Origin: a virus
IMG/VR virus record: IMGVR_UViG_3300049049_000114
Strand: one strand, 5' to 3'
Length of the DNA: 64,000 bases
A model generated the notes under the pieces. That model did not search any database. It had not been told where the DNA came from and was given only the letters and a program-made list of their open reading frames with translations. The position numbers and the translations under genes are program-made. The stretch's first letter is position 1; each line of letters starts with the position of its first letter. Shown here piece by piece: positions 36,299-47,300 of the stretch.

Positions 36299-36760
36299 GT
36301 GGCCACGCTTCACGGGTCCGTCAAGGTCTTCATCGTTGAGAGGCTGGCGTGCTTCGACACGCCCACGCAGGTGGCTGAAGCCGTAAAACAGACCTTCAAG
36401 GTCACGGTGAGCACCCAGCAGCTTGCTGCCTACAACCCCAAGACGGTGGCCGGCGCGCGGCTGAGCCAGACCCTGAAGGAGCATTTCGAGGCCACGCGCA
36501 AGAAGTTCCTGGAGGACACGGCGGACATCCCGATCGCCCACAAGTCCTACCGGCTTCGCACGCTGAACCGCCTGGCCGAGAAGATGGAGGGCGCGGGCAA
36601 CGTGGCCATGGTGGCGCAGCTCATGGAGCAGGCCGCCAAGGAACAGGGCGAGGCCTACACCAACAGGCAGAAGCTCGAGCACTCGGGCAAGGATGGCGGG
36701 CCGCTGACCGTGGTGGTGCGCAAGTTCGGCGGCGATGAACGAACTGATCCTGCCCAATAA
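36299..36760 (+). CDS. Terminase small subunit (DUF2280-like)
   Basis: FIVERLACFDTPTQVAEAVK...YNPK...PIAHKSYRL...KLEHSGKDGGP; directly precedes terL. Confidence 0.75.
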   Translation: MATLHGSVKVFIVERLACFDTPTQVAEAVKQTFKVTVSTQQLAAYNPKTVAGARLSQTLKEHFEATRKKFLEDTADIPIAHKSYRLRTLNRLAEKMEGAGNVAMVAQLMEQAAKEQGEAYTNRQKLEHSGKDGGPLTVVVRKFGGDERTDPAQ

Positions 36761-38072
36761 CTGGGTCCCGCGGGACTACCAGCTACCGGCCTGGAAGGCC
36801 CTCGAAGGCGGGATCAAGCGGGCGCTGCTGCTGTGGCACCGGCGGGCCGGCAAGGACGATGTCTGCCTGCACTGGGCGGCCACAGCGGCGATGCAGCGGG
36901 TGGGCAACTACTGGCACATGCTGCCGGAGTACTCCCAGGCCCGAAAGAGCGTCTGGGATGCGGTCAACCCGCGCACGGGCATGCGGCGGATCGACGAGGC
37001 GTTCCCCGACCCCATCTGCGAGGTCAAGCGCAACCAGGATATGTTCATCCGGTTCCGCAACGGGGCCACGTGGCAACTCGTGGGGTCGGACACCTACAAC
37101 AGCCTGGTGGGTAGCCCTCCCATCGGCGTGACGGCATCCGAGTGGGCGCTGGCGGACCCTGCGGCCTGGGCCTACCTGCGGCCGATCCTGCGTGAGAACG
37201 GCGGCTGGGCGGCCTTCATCACCACGGTGCGCGGCAAGAACCACGTGCACCGGCTGTACGAGGCGCACAAGGACGATCCCGAGTGGTTCGTGCAGATGCT
37301 GCCGGCCACGCAGACCGGCGTGATGTCGCTGGAGGACCTGGAGAAGGAGCGGCGGGAGTACCAGGCCGAGTACGGGCCGGAGGACGGCGACGCGCTGTTC
37401 GCTCAGGAGTACCTGTGCGACTGGAACGCGGCGATCGTTGGCAGCTACTACGGGCGCCTGATGCGCGATGCCGAGCGCGGCGAACGCATCCGCTCGGTGC
37501 CCTACGACCCGATGGCGCTGGTCCACACGTCATGGGACCTGGGGCTGAGCGACGCGACCGCCATCTGGTTCTTCCAGATCGTCGGCCACGAGATCCACAT
37601 CATCGACTACCTGGAGAACAGCGGCCAGCCGCTGGCCTGGTACGCCGGCGAGCTCCACAAGAAGCCCTACGCCTACGGCGAGCACATCTTGCCGCACGAC
37701 GCCGAGGCGAAGGAACTGCAGACCAACCGCAGCCGCACCGAAACGCTGCGCGAGTTGAACCTGAATGTTCGGGTGCTGAAGGCCAACGGCGCCGAGCGGA
37801 TCCTGGTGGCCGACGGCATCAACGCGGTGCGGACCATCCTGCCGCGCTGCTGGTTCGACGCTGTCAAGTGCGCCAAGGGCATCGACGCCCTGAAGGCCTA
37901 CCGCCGCGAGTGGGATGAAAAGCTCAAGACCTTCCACGACCGGCCCGTGCACGACTGGGCCAGCCACCCGGCTGACTCGTTCCGCTACCTGGCGCTCGGC
38001 ATCGACGCTGTGCCAGGTCATGTGAAGGCCGCCACGGTCAACGCCTTCCGCAACCGCCCCCGCTACTCCTGA
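36735..38072 (+). CDS. Terminase large subunit
   Basis: WHRRAGKD (Walker A), SEWA (Walker B variant), FAQEYLCD, SWDLG..DATAIW, SHPADSFRY. Confidence 0.93.
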   Translation: MNELILPNNWVPRDYQLPAWKALEGGIKRALLLWHRRAGKDDVCLHWAATAAMQRVGNYWHMLPEYSQARKSVWDAVNPRTGMRRIDEAFPDPICEVKRNQDMFIRFRNGATWQLVGSDTYNSLVGSPPIGVTASEWALADPAAWAYLRPILRENGGWAAFITTVRGKNHVHRLYEAHKDDPEWFVQMLPATQTGVMSLEDLEKERREYQAEYGPEDGDALFAQEYLCDWNAAIVGSYYGRLMRDAERGERIRSVPYDPMALVHTSWDLGLSDATAIWFFQIVGHEIHIIDYLENSGQPLAWYAGELHKKPYAYGEHILPHDAEAKELQTNRSRTETLRELNLNVRVLKANGAERILVADGINAVRTILPRCWFDAVKCAKGIDALKAYRREWDEKLKTFHDRPVHDWASHPADSFRYLALGIDAVPGHVKAATVNAFRNRPRYS

Positions 38073-38082
38073 GGAGACAGCC

Positions 38083-38370
38083 ATGAAGTACATCGTGCTG
38101 GCCCTGCTGATGGGCCTGGCAGGCCCTGCGGCGGCCGACCTGACCGGCGTGATCAACCTGCGCAGCGGCGCGGTGATCAATCTGCACAGCGACGACGGGC
38201 TCTGCACCCATGGCGCGCACAGGGCCGAGTTCTTCGACCCGACACAGCGCCTTCCGAACCTGACCGGCTGCTGGGCGGTGCGCCCCAACGGGGTCGTGAC
38301 CATCGGCTGGCTCAACGGCTACGTCGACGCGGTTCCCCTGCAGGCCATCGAACTGCCCAAGGCGCTCTGA
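38083..38370 (+). CDS. Small secreted hypothetical protein
   Basis: Sec-type signal MKYIVLALLMGLAGPAAA; one Cys pair. Confidence 0.65.
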   Translation: MKYIVLALLMGLAGPAAADLTGVINLRSGAVINLHSDDGLCTHGAHRAEFFDPTQRLPNLTGCWAVRPNGVVTIGWLNGYVDAVPLQAIELPKAL

Positions 38371-38372
38371 CC

Positions 38373-40442
38373 ATGATCGAGACCGACCGCGACCAGGCCG
38401 GCCGCAGCGGCGGCATGCCGTTGACCGACCTCGAGCGGCTGCTGGCCGACGTGGAGAACGAGCCCAGGTGGCGCGCCTCGGCTGACAAGGCGGCCGACTA
38501 CTACGACCACAAGCAGGCCAGCGCCGAGCGCGTGGCGCGCAGCGCCGACACCGGCGAGCCGCTGGTGATCGTCAACCTGATCCAGCGCACCATCAATGGC
38601 GCCCTCGGCCAGGAAGCCAAGAGCCGCTTGAACTGGAAGGTCAGCCCGGACAGCAACTACTTCAGCGACGTGGCCAGCGTGCTGGGCGAGAAGCTGCACG
38701 AGGCGCAGCGCGAGGCCAAGATCGACGCGGCCATCAGCGAGGCCTACTCCTCGATGCTGCGCACGGGCATCGGCTGGGTGGAGGTCTGCCGCAACCCCAA
38801 CCCGTTGCAGTACCCCTACAAGGTCACTGCCGTGCACCGCAACGAGGTGTGGTGGGACTGGCGGGCCAAGCAGGCCGACCTGTCGGACGCGGCCTGGATG
38901 CTGCGCCAGCGCTGGGCGGACTTCGACGAGGTCGTCACGCTCATGCCGGAGAGCCGGGGCCTGCTGGAGATGGGCTGCAACTCCGGCCCGATCACCGACG
39001 CGATGATGCAGCAGCTCACCGTCAGCCAGGGCAACTTCGAGGACGTGCTGAACACCCGGCGCAGCTTCGGCCGGCAGCAAGAGGAGTGGCTGGACAACAG
39101 CTTGCGCAAGCGCATCCGCCTGTACTGCGTCTACTACAAGAAGCACAAGGAAGTCATCGCGCTGGTGTCGGGCACCAAGCGCATTCGTTTCAACCCGCAG
39201 AACCCGTTTCACGTGGCGCTGGTGATGCGCGGCGCGGCCAAGCTCATGAAGGGCCCTGGGTACGAGATCCGCCGCGCGATGTTCGCCGGCCCCTGGCGCC
39301 TGTACGACGAGCCGCTGCCGGGCCAGAGCTTCCCGCTGATCCCCTTCATCTGCTACCGCTGCGACGACGACTTCAGCCCGTATGGCCTGGTGCACGGGAT
39401 GATCCAGCCGCAGGACGAGTACAACGAGCGGCGCTCGCGCCTGCTGTGGCTGCTCAAGGCCAAGCAGATCTTCGTCGACGAGGACGCGCTGGACGAGCGC
39501 TACAACAACCTGGTGGACCTGGCGCGCGAGGCGATGCGCCCGGACGCGATGTTCGTTCTCAAGAAGAACCGCGCCAACGGCGTCAACGCCCTGCGCATCG
39601 AGTCCGACCCCCAGATGAGCGCCGCCCAGTCGCAGGTGATGGAGGACGCCAAGGTCAACATCCAGGACCAGCCCGGCCTGTACGGGCCGCAGTTCGGCGG
39701 CAACCGGGTTGGTGCTGAGTCCGGCGTGGCGCTGAACAGCCTGCTCGAGCAGTCGGTGGCCAGCCTGGGGGAGACCAGCGACAACTACCGCAACAGCCGC
39801 GCGGTGGTGGGCGATGCGGTCGTGTGCGAGATCTCCATGGACCACATGGACCCCAACATGCGGGTGGAGATCGGCAGCGGCACCAAGCGCCGCACCGTGG
39901 TGCTCAACACCTTCGACAAGGCAGGCCTGCCGTTCAACTCGGTGGAGGACGCGCAGGTCAAGGTGGGCCTGGGCGACGTGCCGGTGACGCAGGCCTACAA
40001 GGCGCAGCAGGGGCTCTTCCTGCGCGACGCGCTGCAGGCCGCCGGCAACAACCCGATGGCCCAGGCCGTGCTGCTGCCCGCGCTGCTGGAGTCCAGCGAC
40101 ATCGAGCACCGCGCCGAGTACGCCAAGTGGCTGCGCCAGAAGGCGGGCGTACCCGAGCCTGGTGACCTGGCCGACGAGGACCTGCAGGCGCAGATGGAGC
40201 AGCAGAACCAGCAGCAGCAGGCTGCCGCTGCCCAGGCCAACCAGCGCGCGATGGACGCTGAGCTCGCGGTGAAGGAAAGCACTGCGACGCTGAACAAGAC
40301 CAAGGAAATGCTCACGCAGATGCAGACGCTGCTGACGCAGACCCAGGCGATGAAGACCGCGGCCGAGGCCGAGGCGATCGCCAACCAACCCGACGAGGAC
40401 GCGCTGATCAGCGGCGTGCTCGAGGAGGCCGCGAAGGCCTGA
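38373..40442 (+). CDS. Portal protein (P22-like)
   Basis: 689 aa after terL; NLIQRTINGALG, GIGWVEV, YGLVHGMIQPQDEYNERRS; Q-rich coiled-coil C-terminus. Confidence 0.88.
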   Translation: MIETDRDQAGRSGGMPLTDLERLLADVENEPRWRASADKAADYYDHKQASAERVARSADTGEPLVIVNLIQRTINGALGQEAKSRLNWKVSPDSNYFSDVASVLGEKLHEAQREAKIDAAISEAYSSMLRTGIGWVEVCRNPNPLQYPYKVTAVHRNEVWWDWRAKQADLSDAAWMLRQRWADFDEVVTLMPESRGLLEMGCNSGPITDAMMQQLTVSQGNFEDVLNTRRSFGRQQEEWLDNSLRKRIRLYCVYYKKHKEVIALVSGTKRIRFNPQNPFHVALVMRGAAKLMKGPGYEIRRAMFAGPWRLYDEPLPGQSFPLIPFICYRCDDDFSPYGLVHGMIQPQDEYNERRSRLLWLLKAKQIFVDEDALDERYNNLVDLAREAMRPDAMFVLKKNRANGVNALRIESDPQMSAAQSQVMEDAKVNIQDQPGLYGPQFGGNRVGAESGVALNSLLEQSVASLGETSDNYRNSRAVVGDAVVCEISMDHMDPNMRVEIGSGTKRRTVVLNTFDKAGLPFNSVEDAQVKVGLGDVPVTQAYKAQQGLFLRDALQAAGNNPMAQAVLLPALLESSDIEHRAEYAKWLRQKAGVPEPGDLADEDLQAQMEQQNQQQQAAAAQANQRAMDAELAVKESTATLNKTKEMLTQMQTLLTQTQAMKTAAEAEAIANQPDEDALISGVLEEAAKA

Positions 40443-40499
40443 CCCGTTTCTCGCCACCGGGCGCCGGCCCTGGTGGATGAGTATCAGCCGGCACCCCTG

Positions 40500-40534
40500 A
40501 AGGGCCCGTTCGGAGCGATCCGCGCGGGCCTTTT
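40500..40534 (+). terminator. Terminator-like hairpin between portal and scaffold
   Basis: AAGGGCCCG...CGGGCCTTTT. Confidence 0.5.
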
Positions 40535-40570
40535 GCATTTCGCACCTCCGCGACACAGAGGAAATGGCAG

Positions 40571-41617
40571 ATGACCGCAGACCTTGCATCGAAGCTCGAC
40601 GCGCTCGACGGCAGCGTGGACTACTCGGACCCCAACGTATACGCAAAGCTGCTGTACGGGGACGAGGCGGCCACGACCACCGAGCAACCCCAGGGCGATA
40701 GCCAGACGGCCACGCCGGCCGCAGCCGCAACGACCGAAGTGACCGCACCTGCGGCCGCCGAGGTCCCCGCCGCTGCCACCCCGGCCCCAGCCGCTCCGGC
40801 CAGCAGCGCGCCGCCCGGCGCTGCCGAGACCCCCGATGCCAGCCAGGCGGTGGATGGAGTCCTGACCCGGGACGGCAAGCGCGTCATTCCCTACGACGTG
40901 CTGGCCCAGACCCGACAGACCGCGCAGGAGAACGGGCGCCGCGCTCAGCAACTGGAAGAGTCCAACCGGGCGCTCCAGGCGCAGATCGAGGCGCTGAAGT
41001 CCGGCAAGGCCGACACCGGCGCGACCGTCGAGAAGTTCAGCAAGGCCCGCATCGAAGCGGCCCGCGCCGACTTCCCCGAGATGGCCGAGATGATGGAGGT
41101 CCAGAACCAGCTTGCCGTCGAGCTCGCTGACGCACGCAAGAGCGCTCCCGCTCCTGCCCAGGCGCCGGCACAGCCCGACAACACGCAGCAGGTCCTCCAA
41201 GCCGCGATCGACAACCGCCCCTTGCTCGCCAAGTGGCAGACGTCAAGCCGTGCGCTTTTCTCGCGCGCCGGCGAGATCGACGACGCCCTCATGGCCGATC
41301 CGGTCTGGTCCGCGAAGTCGCTGGACGAGCGGCTGGCCGAGGTCGAGCGCCAGGTCGCTGCCGAGGTCGGCATCGCAGTCCCATCCAACCAAGCCGCACC
41401 CGCGGCGCCGGCGGCCCCTGCCGCGCCGGCACAAGCCACAGCCCCCGCCGCTCCCGTCGTGGCGGCCGCCCCCAAGCCCGGCATCGGAGATTTCAACGGC
41501 TCAGCCCCCGTCGTGGGTGCTGATCCGCTGCTCGGTGTGCCGGTCGGCAAGGCGGTCGACGTCGCGATGGCCATGTCCATCGAGGACGTGATGCGGTCGG
41601 TGGGGGTGAACGTCTGA
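40571..41617 (+). CDS. Scaffolding protein
   Basis: A/P-rich, DGKRVIPYDVL motif plus coiled coil; lies between portal and capsid. Confidence 0.8.
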   Translation: MTADLASKLDALDGSVDYSDPNVYAKLLYGDEAATTTEQPQGDSQTATPAAAATTEVTAPAAAEVPAAATPAPAAPASSAPPGAAETPDASQAVDGVLTRDGKRVIPYDVLAQTRQTAQENGRRAQQLEESNRALQAQIEALKSGKADTGATVEKFSKARIEAARADFPEMAEMMEVQNQLAVELADARKSAPAPAQAPAQPDNTQQVLQAAIDNRPLLAKWQTSSRALFSRAGEIDDALMADPVWSAKSLDERLAEVERQVAAEVGIAVPSNQAAPAAPAAPAAPAQATAPAAPVVAAAPKPGIGDFNGSAPVVGADPLLGVPVGKAVDVAMAMSIEDVMRSVGVNV

Positions 41618-41641
41618 CCCCACTGAATCCAGAGGTTTGAA

Positions 41642-42955
41642 ATGACCACCCAAGTTACCGACAGCAGCAACTTTGCGCTGGTGAAGGAGAGCGTTGCTCT
41701 CACCGCGGTTGCCATCAAGGCGCCAACCGACCTGACGCCCCTCATCGGCAAGGCCCCGTCCCAATCGGGCGCCGAGTCGACCATCAAGCAGCAGTCGTCT
41801 CCGGGCCTGCCCGGTGTGCTGGTGACCGACCTGTCGGCCGCCAAGACCGGCACGATGGTGACCATCGAGGCCTACGACACGCTGGGGGGCGACCCGATCA
41901 TGGGCGACCAGATGCGCGAGGGCAAGGGCGAGAACGTCGACATCAGTTCGATGGACGCCAAGATCGATCTGGCCTCGAAGGTCATCAACGCCGTCCCCGG
42001 CAAGATGATCGACCAGCGCACGAAGATCAACCTGCGTTCGATGGCGATGGCCCAGCTCATGGGCTACTTCCCCCGCCTGCTGTGGAACCGCACGCTGTGC
42101 CACCTGGCCGGCGCACGGGGCGACCAGAAGGGCAAGGCCTGGCACCTGAAGACCGTGGCTCAGTCGAGCGCGGCCGATCTGGCGTCCAAGCTCATCAACC
42201 CGCTGCTGGCGCCGACCTACAACCGGCACTTCGTCATCAACGGGACGGACCTGGTGCAGGGCGGCGCGCAACTGGCCTCGATCGACTCCACCGACGTGTG
42301 GAGCCTGAGCGTGATCGATGCCCTGGTCGAGGTGCTGGATTCGCTGGAATTCAAGCTCCAGCCGATCAAGCTCCCCGACGACCCGGCCGCGAACTACTCG
42401 CCGATCAAGGGCGTGCTGTACCTGGACCCGATCGCCTACTCGATGCTCAAGCGCGACAACACGAGCGGGCACAACATCCGCGCGTGGCAGGCCGCGGCGA
42501 TCGAGCGCGCCAACCTGATGGGCCTGAAGCGGCACCCGCTGTTCATGGGCGAGGTGCTGATGTGGAACGGCATCGTTATCCGCCCGATGGAGCTGGCGAT
42601 CACGTTCGCGTCGAGCTCGACGACCAAGCACATCACCTCGGCGAACCGCTACACGGCCACCGAGACCGACGTGACCATCAATGCCGCGCTGACGGCCGGC
42701 TACCGCGTCTCGCGCGGCATCCTGATGGGCGCGCAGGCCTTCGCGGTCGTGCAGGGCAACAACTCGGCCAGCGGCACCACGGCCTCGTTCAAGGAGCGTC
42801 TGTACGACTACGACTCCAAGCACGAGGCCATGGGCGAATGGATGGGTTCCGAGACCAAGCTGCGCTTCTCGTTCCGTGACGCGGACGGCAACCTGGAGCC
42901 GACCGACCACGGCGTGATGGTCATCGACGCGGCTGTCCGCACCGTCGGCAACTGA
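41642..42955 (+). CDS. Major capsid protein, N4-gp56/DUF4043 family
   Basis: DLSAAKTG...PIMGDQMREGKGE...GKMIDQRT..NLR, PLFMGEVLMWNGI, ILMGAQA, DHGVMVID. Confidence 0.88.
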   Translation: MTTQVTDSSNFALVKESVALTAVAIKAPTDLTPLIGKAPSQSGAESTIKQQSSPGLPGVLVTDLSAAKTGTMVTIEAYDTLGGDPIMGDQMREGKGENVDISSMDAKIDLASKVINAVPGKMIDQRTKINLRSMAMAQLMGYFPRLLWNRTLCHLAGARGDQKGKAWHLKTVAQSSAADLASKLINPLLAPTYNRHFVINGTDLVQGGAQLASIDSTDVWSLSVIDALVEVLDSLEFKLQPIKLPDDPAANYSPIKGVLYLDPIAYSMLKRDNTSGHNIRAWQAAAIERANLMGLKRHPLFMGEVLMWNGIVIRPMELAITFASSSTTKHITSANRYTATETDVTINAALTAGYRVSRGILMGAQAFAVVQGNNSASGTTASFKERLYDYDSKHEAMGEWMGSETKLRFSFRDADGNLEPTDHGVMVIDAAVRTVGN

Positions 42956-43016
42956 TGGCTCGGGGCCCTGGGAAGGGCCCTGACCAACCCTTCAATCTCC
43001 GAAGAGGAAAAGCATC

Positions 43017-43463
43017 ATGAGTACCTACAAGGGTCTTCAATCGGGCCGCGCGCAGCACAACACCGCTGCCTGGGGCAATGCCTGGGCCGACAACAACAAG
43101 GTCACCCCGGCCGCGACTCTCGTCGCCAACGACGTGGTCGTGCTCATGGACGTGCCTGCTGGCGTCCGGCTCGATCGCTTCCGCTACTACAACGGCGACT
43201 TCGACACCGGCACCGCGCTGGTGTACGACATCGGCTACCGCACCAAGCTGCCCGGCGGCTCGCTGACCAGCCTGGCCTTCTGGGCCGACGATGCGACGGT
43301 CCTGCGCGCGGCGACCACGTCGTGGCAGGAGATCGTGTTCGAGCCGTTCGTGACCACCGAGCCGATCGAGATCGTCCTGATCCCGAGCGTGGCGCCGACG
43401 AGCACCAGCGGTTCGCCGTCGATCAGCGTGCAGGCGGCTGGCCAGGTCGTCGGCATCCCCTGA
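43017..43463 (+). CDS. Putative head decoration/cement protein
   Basis: Beta-rich 148 aa directly after the capsid gene. Confidence 0.55.
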   Translation: MSTYKGLQSGRAQHNTAAWGNAWADNNKVTPAATLVANDVVVLMDVPAGVRLDRFRYYNGDFDTGTALVYDIGYRTKLPGGSLTSLAFWADDATVLRAATTSWQEIVFEPFVTTEPIEIVLIPSVAPTSTSGSPSISVQAAGQVVGIP

Positions 43464-43487
43464 TCCGCAGCTCTGCCAGGAGCCTTT

Positions 43488-43522
43488 GCCCCCTTTGGTC
43501 TTCGGGCCTGAGGGGGCTTTTT
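43488..43522 (+). terminator. Intrinsic terminator
   Basis: GCCCCCT...UUCG-capped inner stem...AGGGGGC followed by TTTTT. Confidence 0.65.
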
Positions 43523-43539
43523 CTTGAAGGAGAAGAACC

Positions 43540-44097
43540 ATGCGGATCGCATACATCGGCGGCAAGTCGGTGAAGGTCGACAACATCGCTGGCACGGGCC
43601 TGTCGTGGACGCCTGGGCAGGTGCACGAGGTCGAGAGCCCGGAGGCCTGCCGCAAGCTGCTGGCGCACTCGGGCGTCTGGGTGCTGGACAACGCAGCCGA
43701 ACTCATCGCCGAGGCGAAGGAGCGCGCTGAGCGGGCCAAGGAGCGTGCCGAGACCAGCGCCGCGCTGGAACTGCGATTGCAGGCCGATCGAGATGCCGCA
43801 GCCCGAATCGAGGCTGACGCCGACGAAGCCGCCAAGGAGTTCGACCGCGTGGCTGCGGAAGAGACCGCCGCAGCCGAGCGCGCGCAGGCCGAGGCGGACG
43901 CAGCCGCAGCGCAGTCGCCCCCAACGCCAGCCACCGAGCCGCCCGCCGGACTGGCAGGTGCCAAGGTCCCCGGCTCCATGAGCCTGGACGAGCTCATGGC
44001 CTTCTGCAAGGCCAAGGGCGTGAAGTTCCACCCCAACATCAAGCGCGAGACCCTGCTCGAGCGCCTGGTGGCTCACGCTGAAGGAGCGCAGTCGTGA
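43540..44097 (+). CDS. Virion-region protein with C-terminal HeH/LEM-like motif
   Basis: MRIAYIGGK..., coiled coil, SLDELMAFCKAKGVKF...KRETLLERL. Confidence 0.6.
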   Translation: MRIAYIGGKSVKVDNIAGTGLSWTPGQVHEVESPEACRKLLAHSGVWVLDNAAELIAEAKERAERAKERAETSAALELRLQADRDAAARIEADADEAAKEFDRVAAEETAAAERAQAEADAAAAQSPPTPATEPPAGLAGAKVPGSMSLDELMAFCKAKGVKFHPNIKRETLLERLVAHAEGAQS

Positions 44098-44357
44098 AGG
44101 ACAACTACCCAAACGAGGAAAGCCGCCGGCGTTCCTATGGCTCTGCGATGGGCTGCTACCTCGTCGCGCCGCACCTCACCGACGAACTGCCGGCCCGGCC
44201 GATCTCGGTCCTGTGCACGGTCAGCGGCAACGTCCGGATGCTCTTCGCCAATGGCGACGACGTGACGATCCCCGTGGTGGCCGGGCAAGAGTTGTTCTGC
44301 CGCCCGGTTCGCATCGTCGCGGGCGACACCACGGCCACGCTCTACGCCTTCTGGTAA
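44094..44357 (+). CDS. Head spike base protein (RcGTA Rcc01079-like)
   Basis: 87 aa: DELPARPISVLCTVSGNVRMLFANGDDVTIPVVAGQELFCRPVRIVAGDTTAT. Confidence 0.6.
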   Translation: MKDNYPNEESRRRSYGSAMGCYLVAPHLTDELPARPISVLCTVSGNVRMLFANGDDVTIPVVAGQELFCRPVRIVAGDTTATLYAFW

Positions 44358-44363
44358 GACGCC

Positions 44364-47300
44364 ATGCGCCGCCGCTCGATCTACCGCAACTGGTTCCAAC
44401 GCGACCGCGACAGGGGCCAGCCTGGCGTTGGCTTTGCCGCCATCACGCTTGCCGCCCTGACCGCGATCGGCAGTGGCACGGTCACCGCCAGCGAGCGGAT
44501 GAGCATCAGCGGCACGCAGATGCTGGACACCAACGGTGCTCCGATCGTCATGCGCGGCATGGTGGTCGGCCGCCGCAACCTGGTGCGCCCTGGCGACGAG
44601 GCGGCATCGGCCGCAATGGGCGCCAACTGCCGGCGTATCGGCATCCGCTGGTGGACGGACGGCACGAGCGGCTTCGAGACCGACGCCGAGAGCGACGCCA
44701 ACCCTGGGCACCTGGACCCGGCCTACTGGGCCGGCACGCTGGCCCAGATCATGGCGACGAAGGCGGCGGGCCTGAAGGTCCACCTCTTCTTCGACTCCAA
44801 TTGCGGACAAGGGGTTGGCACCGGCGCCGTGTGCAACCTGGGCGCTGGCATTGTCGACTTCGCGAGCAACACGCCCGAGAGCAACGCCAAGAAGGCGAAG
44901 TACCTCGAGATGATCGTGTGGGTCATCGGCCAGACCATCGGGCTGGTGGACTCCATGGAGGGCTCGGTCGAGCCGGCCGGCCACTTCACCCAGACGACCT
45001 ACTGGGACTTCGCCGAAGAGATCATGGACGCGGTCCTGCCGGTCGACCCGCACATGATTTTCTATTGGGGGGCCTACCCCAACTACCAGGCGGCCAGCAT
45101 CGGCAATGCGATCCGCCCGGGCTGGAACGACGTCGGCAGCCCCTACCGGAACCACCTCGTCGCGACGTGCGACATCCTGACCGGCCTGGCCACCAACGCC
45201 ACGCTGCGGACCGACCGGATCAACAACTCCATCATCCCCGCGCGCATCGCCCTCGGGGTTCCGGTGGTGCTGCAGCAGGTCGGCACGCGCACCGATGATG
45301 ACCCAACCGACACCTACCTGGATGCGACGCTCACGCAGCTTGACCAGGCCGCGGGCGGGCCCATCGGCTACATGGGTTGGGAGGAGACCAGCACCTACCC
45401 GGCCAGCTACGGCTTCTACGCCCTCACCAACCCGAGCGACCCGAACTCTTCGCGCACCGTGAAGGAGGGCCGCAAGGCGGTCTGGCAGGCGCACTTCACC
45501 GGCGCCTACGTGAATGCGGCGATCACCCTGGGGGCCATGACGTCGACCGGCGTGGGCACGCACGGCCACGCCGGCACCCTGGCGGCCACGCTGAGCCCGC
45601 TCACAGCCGTCGGTACCGGCACCGCGGGCGGCGGCGGTGGCGGCCCCACCACCGTGCTGGACCTGCGCATGCTGGGCGGGCAGATCGACACCCCGCTGGA
45701 CTACAGCGGCCTGACGATGTACCAGGACCTGGCCAAGAGCGCGCGCAACTTCGCCCGGGACGTCACCGGCCTGCGCTACCAGGAGGCCACGACCCAACTC
45801 AAGATCCTCAGCCTGACGCGCGTGTCCAACGTGGTCAGCGTGGTGCTGCGCGAGGCGGTGACGGTCGAGCACCCAGAGCAGGACATCGCCACCGGCTTCA
45901 GGCTGGTGCTCACCTGTCTGCAGGACCCGACCTTCGACGCAGACCACGCGGTCATCACGGTCACCGACCAGACGCACTTCACCTACGCGACGACCGGCCA
46001 GGCCAATGGGTCCTATGCCACGGTCAGCGAGTACGACGTCCCGGCGACGATCATCAACTCTGTGGCTGTCGGCTCCGACGGGCAGCCCATCGAGCCCTTC
46101 TGCGCCGTGCTGTCGACCGTCAACGGCTCGGCCACGGCGAAGGCAGACCTGAACGGCACCTACGTGGGCACCTTCCCGCCCGGCGCGGTGCTGCCCACCG
46201 GCATGACGTTCGACGGCGCGGCCCTGACGTGGGGCGGCGGGTCGACCTTCTCGCTGGTGATCGACAGCGTCGACTCGGCATTCATCGTGATGCACTGCAC
46301 CGGGGTGAGTGCGGGCTTCAAGATGCCGCGGATCATCCGCAACGACATGGACACCACGGGCGCGACATTGCTGCGCCCCGACTTCGTCGACTTCTTCGGC
46401 CGCTTCCTGCGGGTGCACCGCTTCATGGACGCCGGCCGCACGAACAGCAACTCGTGGATCAAGTCCTGGGCCAAGCGCCCGGTGGTCGCCTGCGGCATGG
46501 GCATGCCGCTGGAGGACATGGTCAGGTTCTGCAACGAGCTCGGCTGCGACCTCTGGTACTGCTTCCCGCACTGGGTCGACGACGACTACGTCACCCGGGC
46601 CGCGACCTACATCCGCGACAACCTCAGCCCGTCGCTGAACGTCGAGTTCGAGTACGTCAACGAGGAGTGGAACGACCGCACCTTCCCGCACCTGATGTGG
46701 TGCATGACGCGCCTGCGCAAACTGCTCAAGGCGCACTTCCACGGCAACAAGGGCGAGTCGGTCATCACCTCGGTGACCAAGACGGCGGGCGTGGTGACGG
46801 TCAACATGAACCGGGCCCCGCCATTCGCCAACGGCACCACGGTCGTCTTCGCGATCACCACGGGCACCACCACTGGCTACAACACCTCGGACACCGGCGC
46901 AGTGGCAACGGTTGCGGGAAACTCGTTCAGCTTCAGCGGCAACTCTGGCAGCGGCACGGCCACGGTCACCGAGGCCACCCTCATCGGCAACCCTTCGAGC
47001 CAGGTCTACGCCTGGGACAAGGTCAAGACCTACCGCGAGCTCGCCACGCGCATGCACGGCGTGCGCACCTACGAAGTCGGGCAACTCGTCTCGGCGGTCT
47101 TCGGTGGCCTGAATGGCCGCGCGCGGATGCTGATGATGAACTGGTTCGCCAACACGGTCGCCAACGGCAACCTGGAGGACATGGCGCTGAAGTACCTGGA
47201 GGCGCAGCACGGCACCACCAAGGACTGGCTGTGGGGCATTGGAGGCGCCCCGTATCCGGAGAGCGAGGCCAGCAACACCACATCGACCCAGGTGCTGGCA

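Noticed and set aside
41390-41475. Repeated GCCGCACC/GCCCCTGCC units
   Set aside because: Ala/Pro linker of the scaffolding protein.
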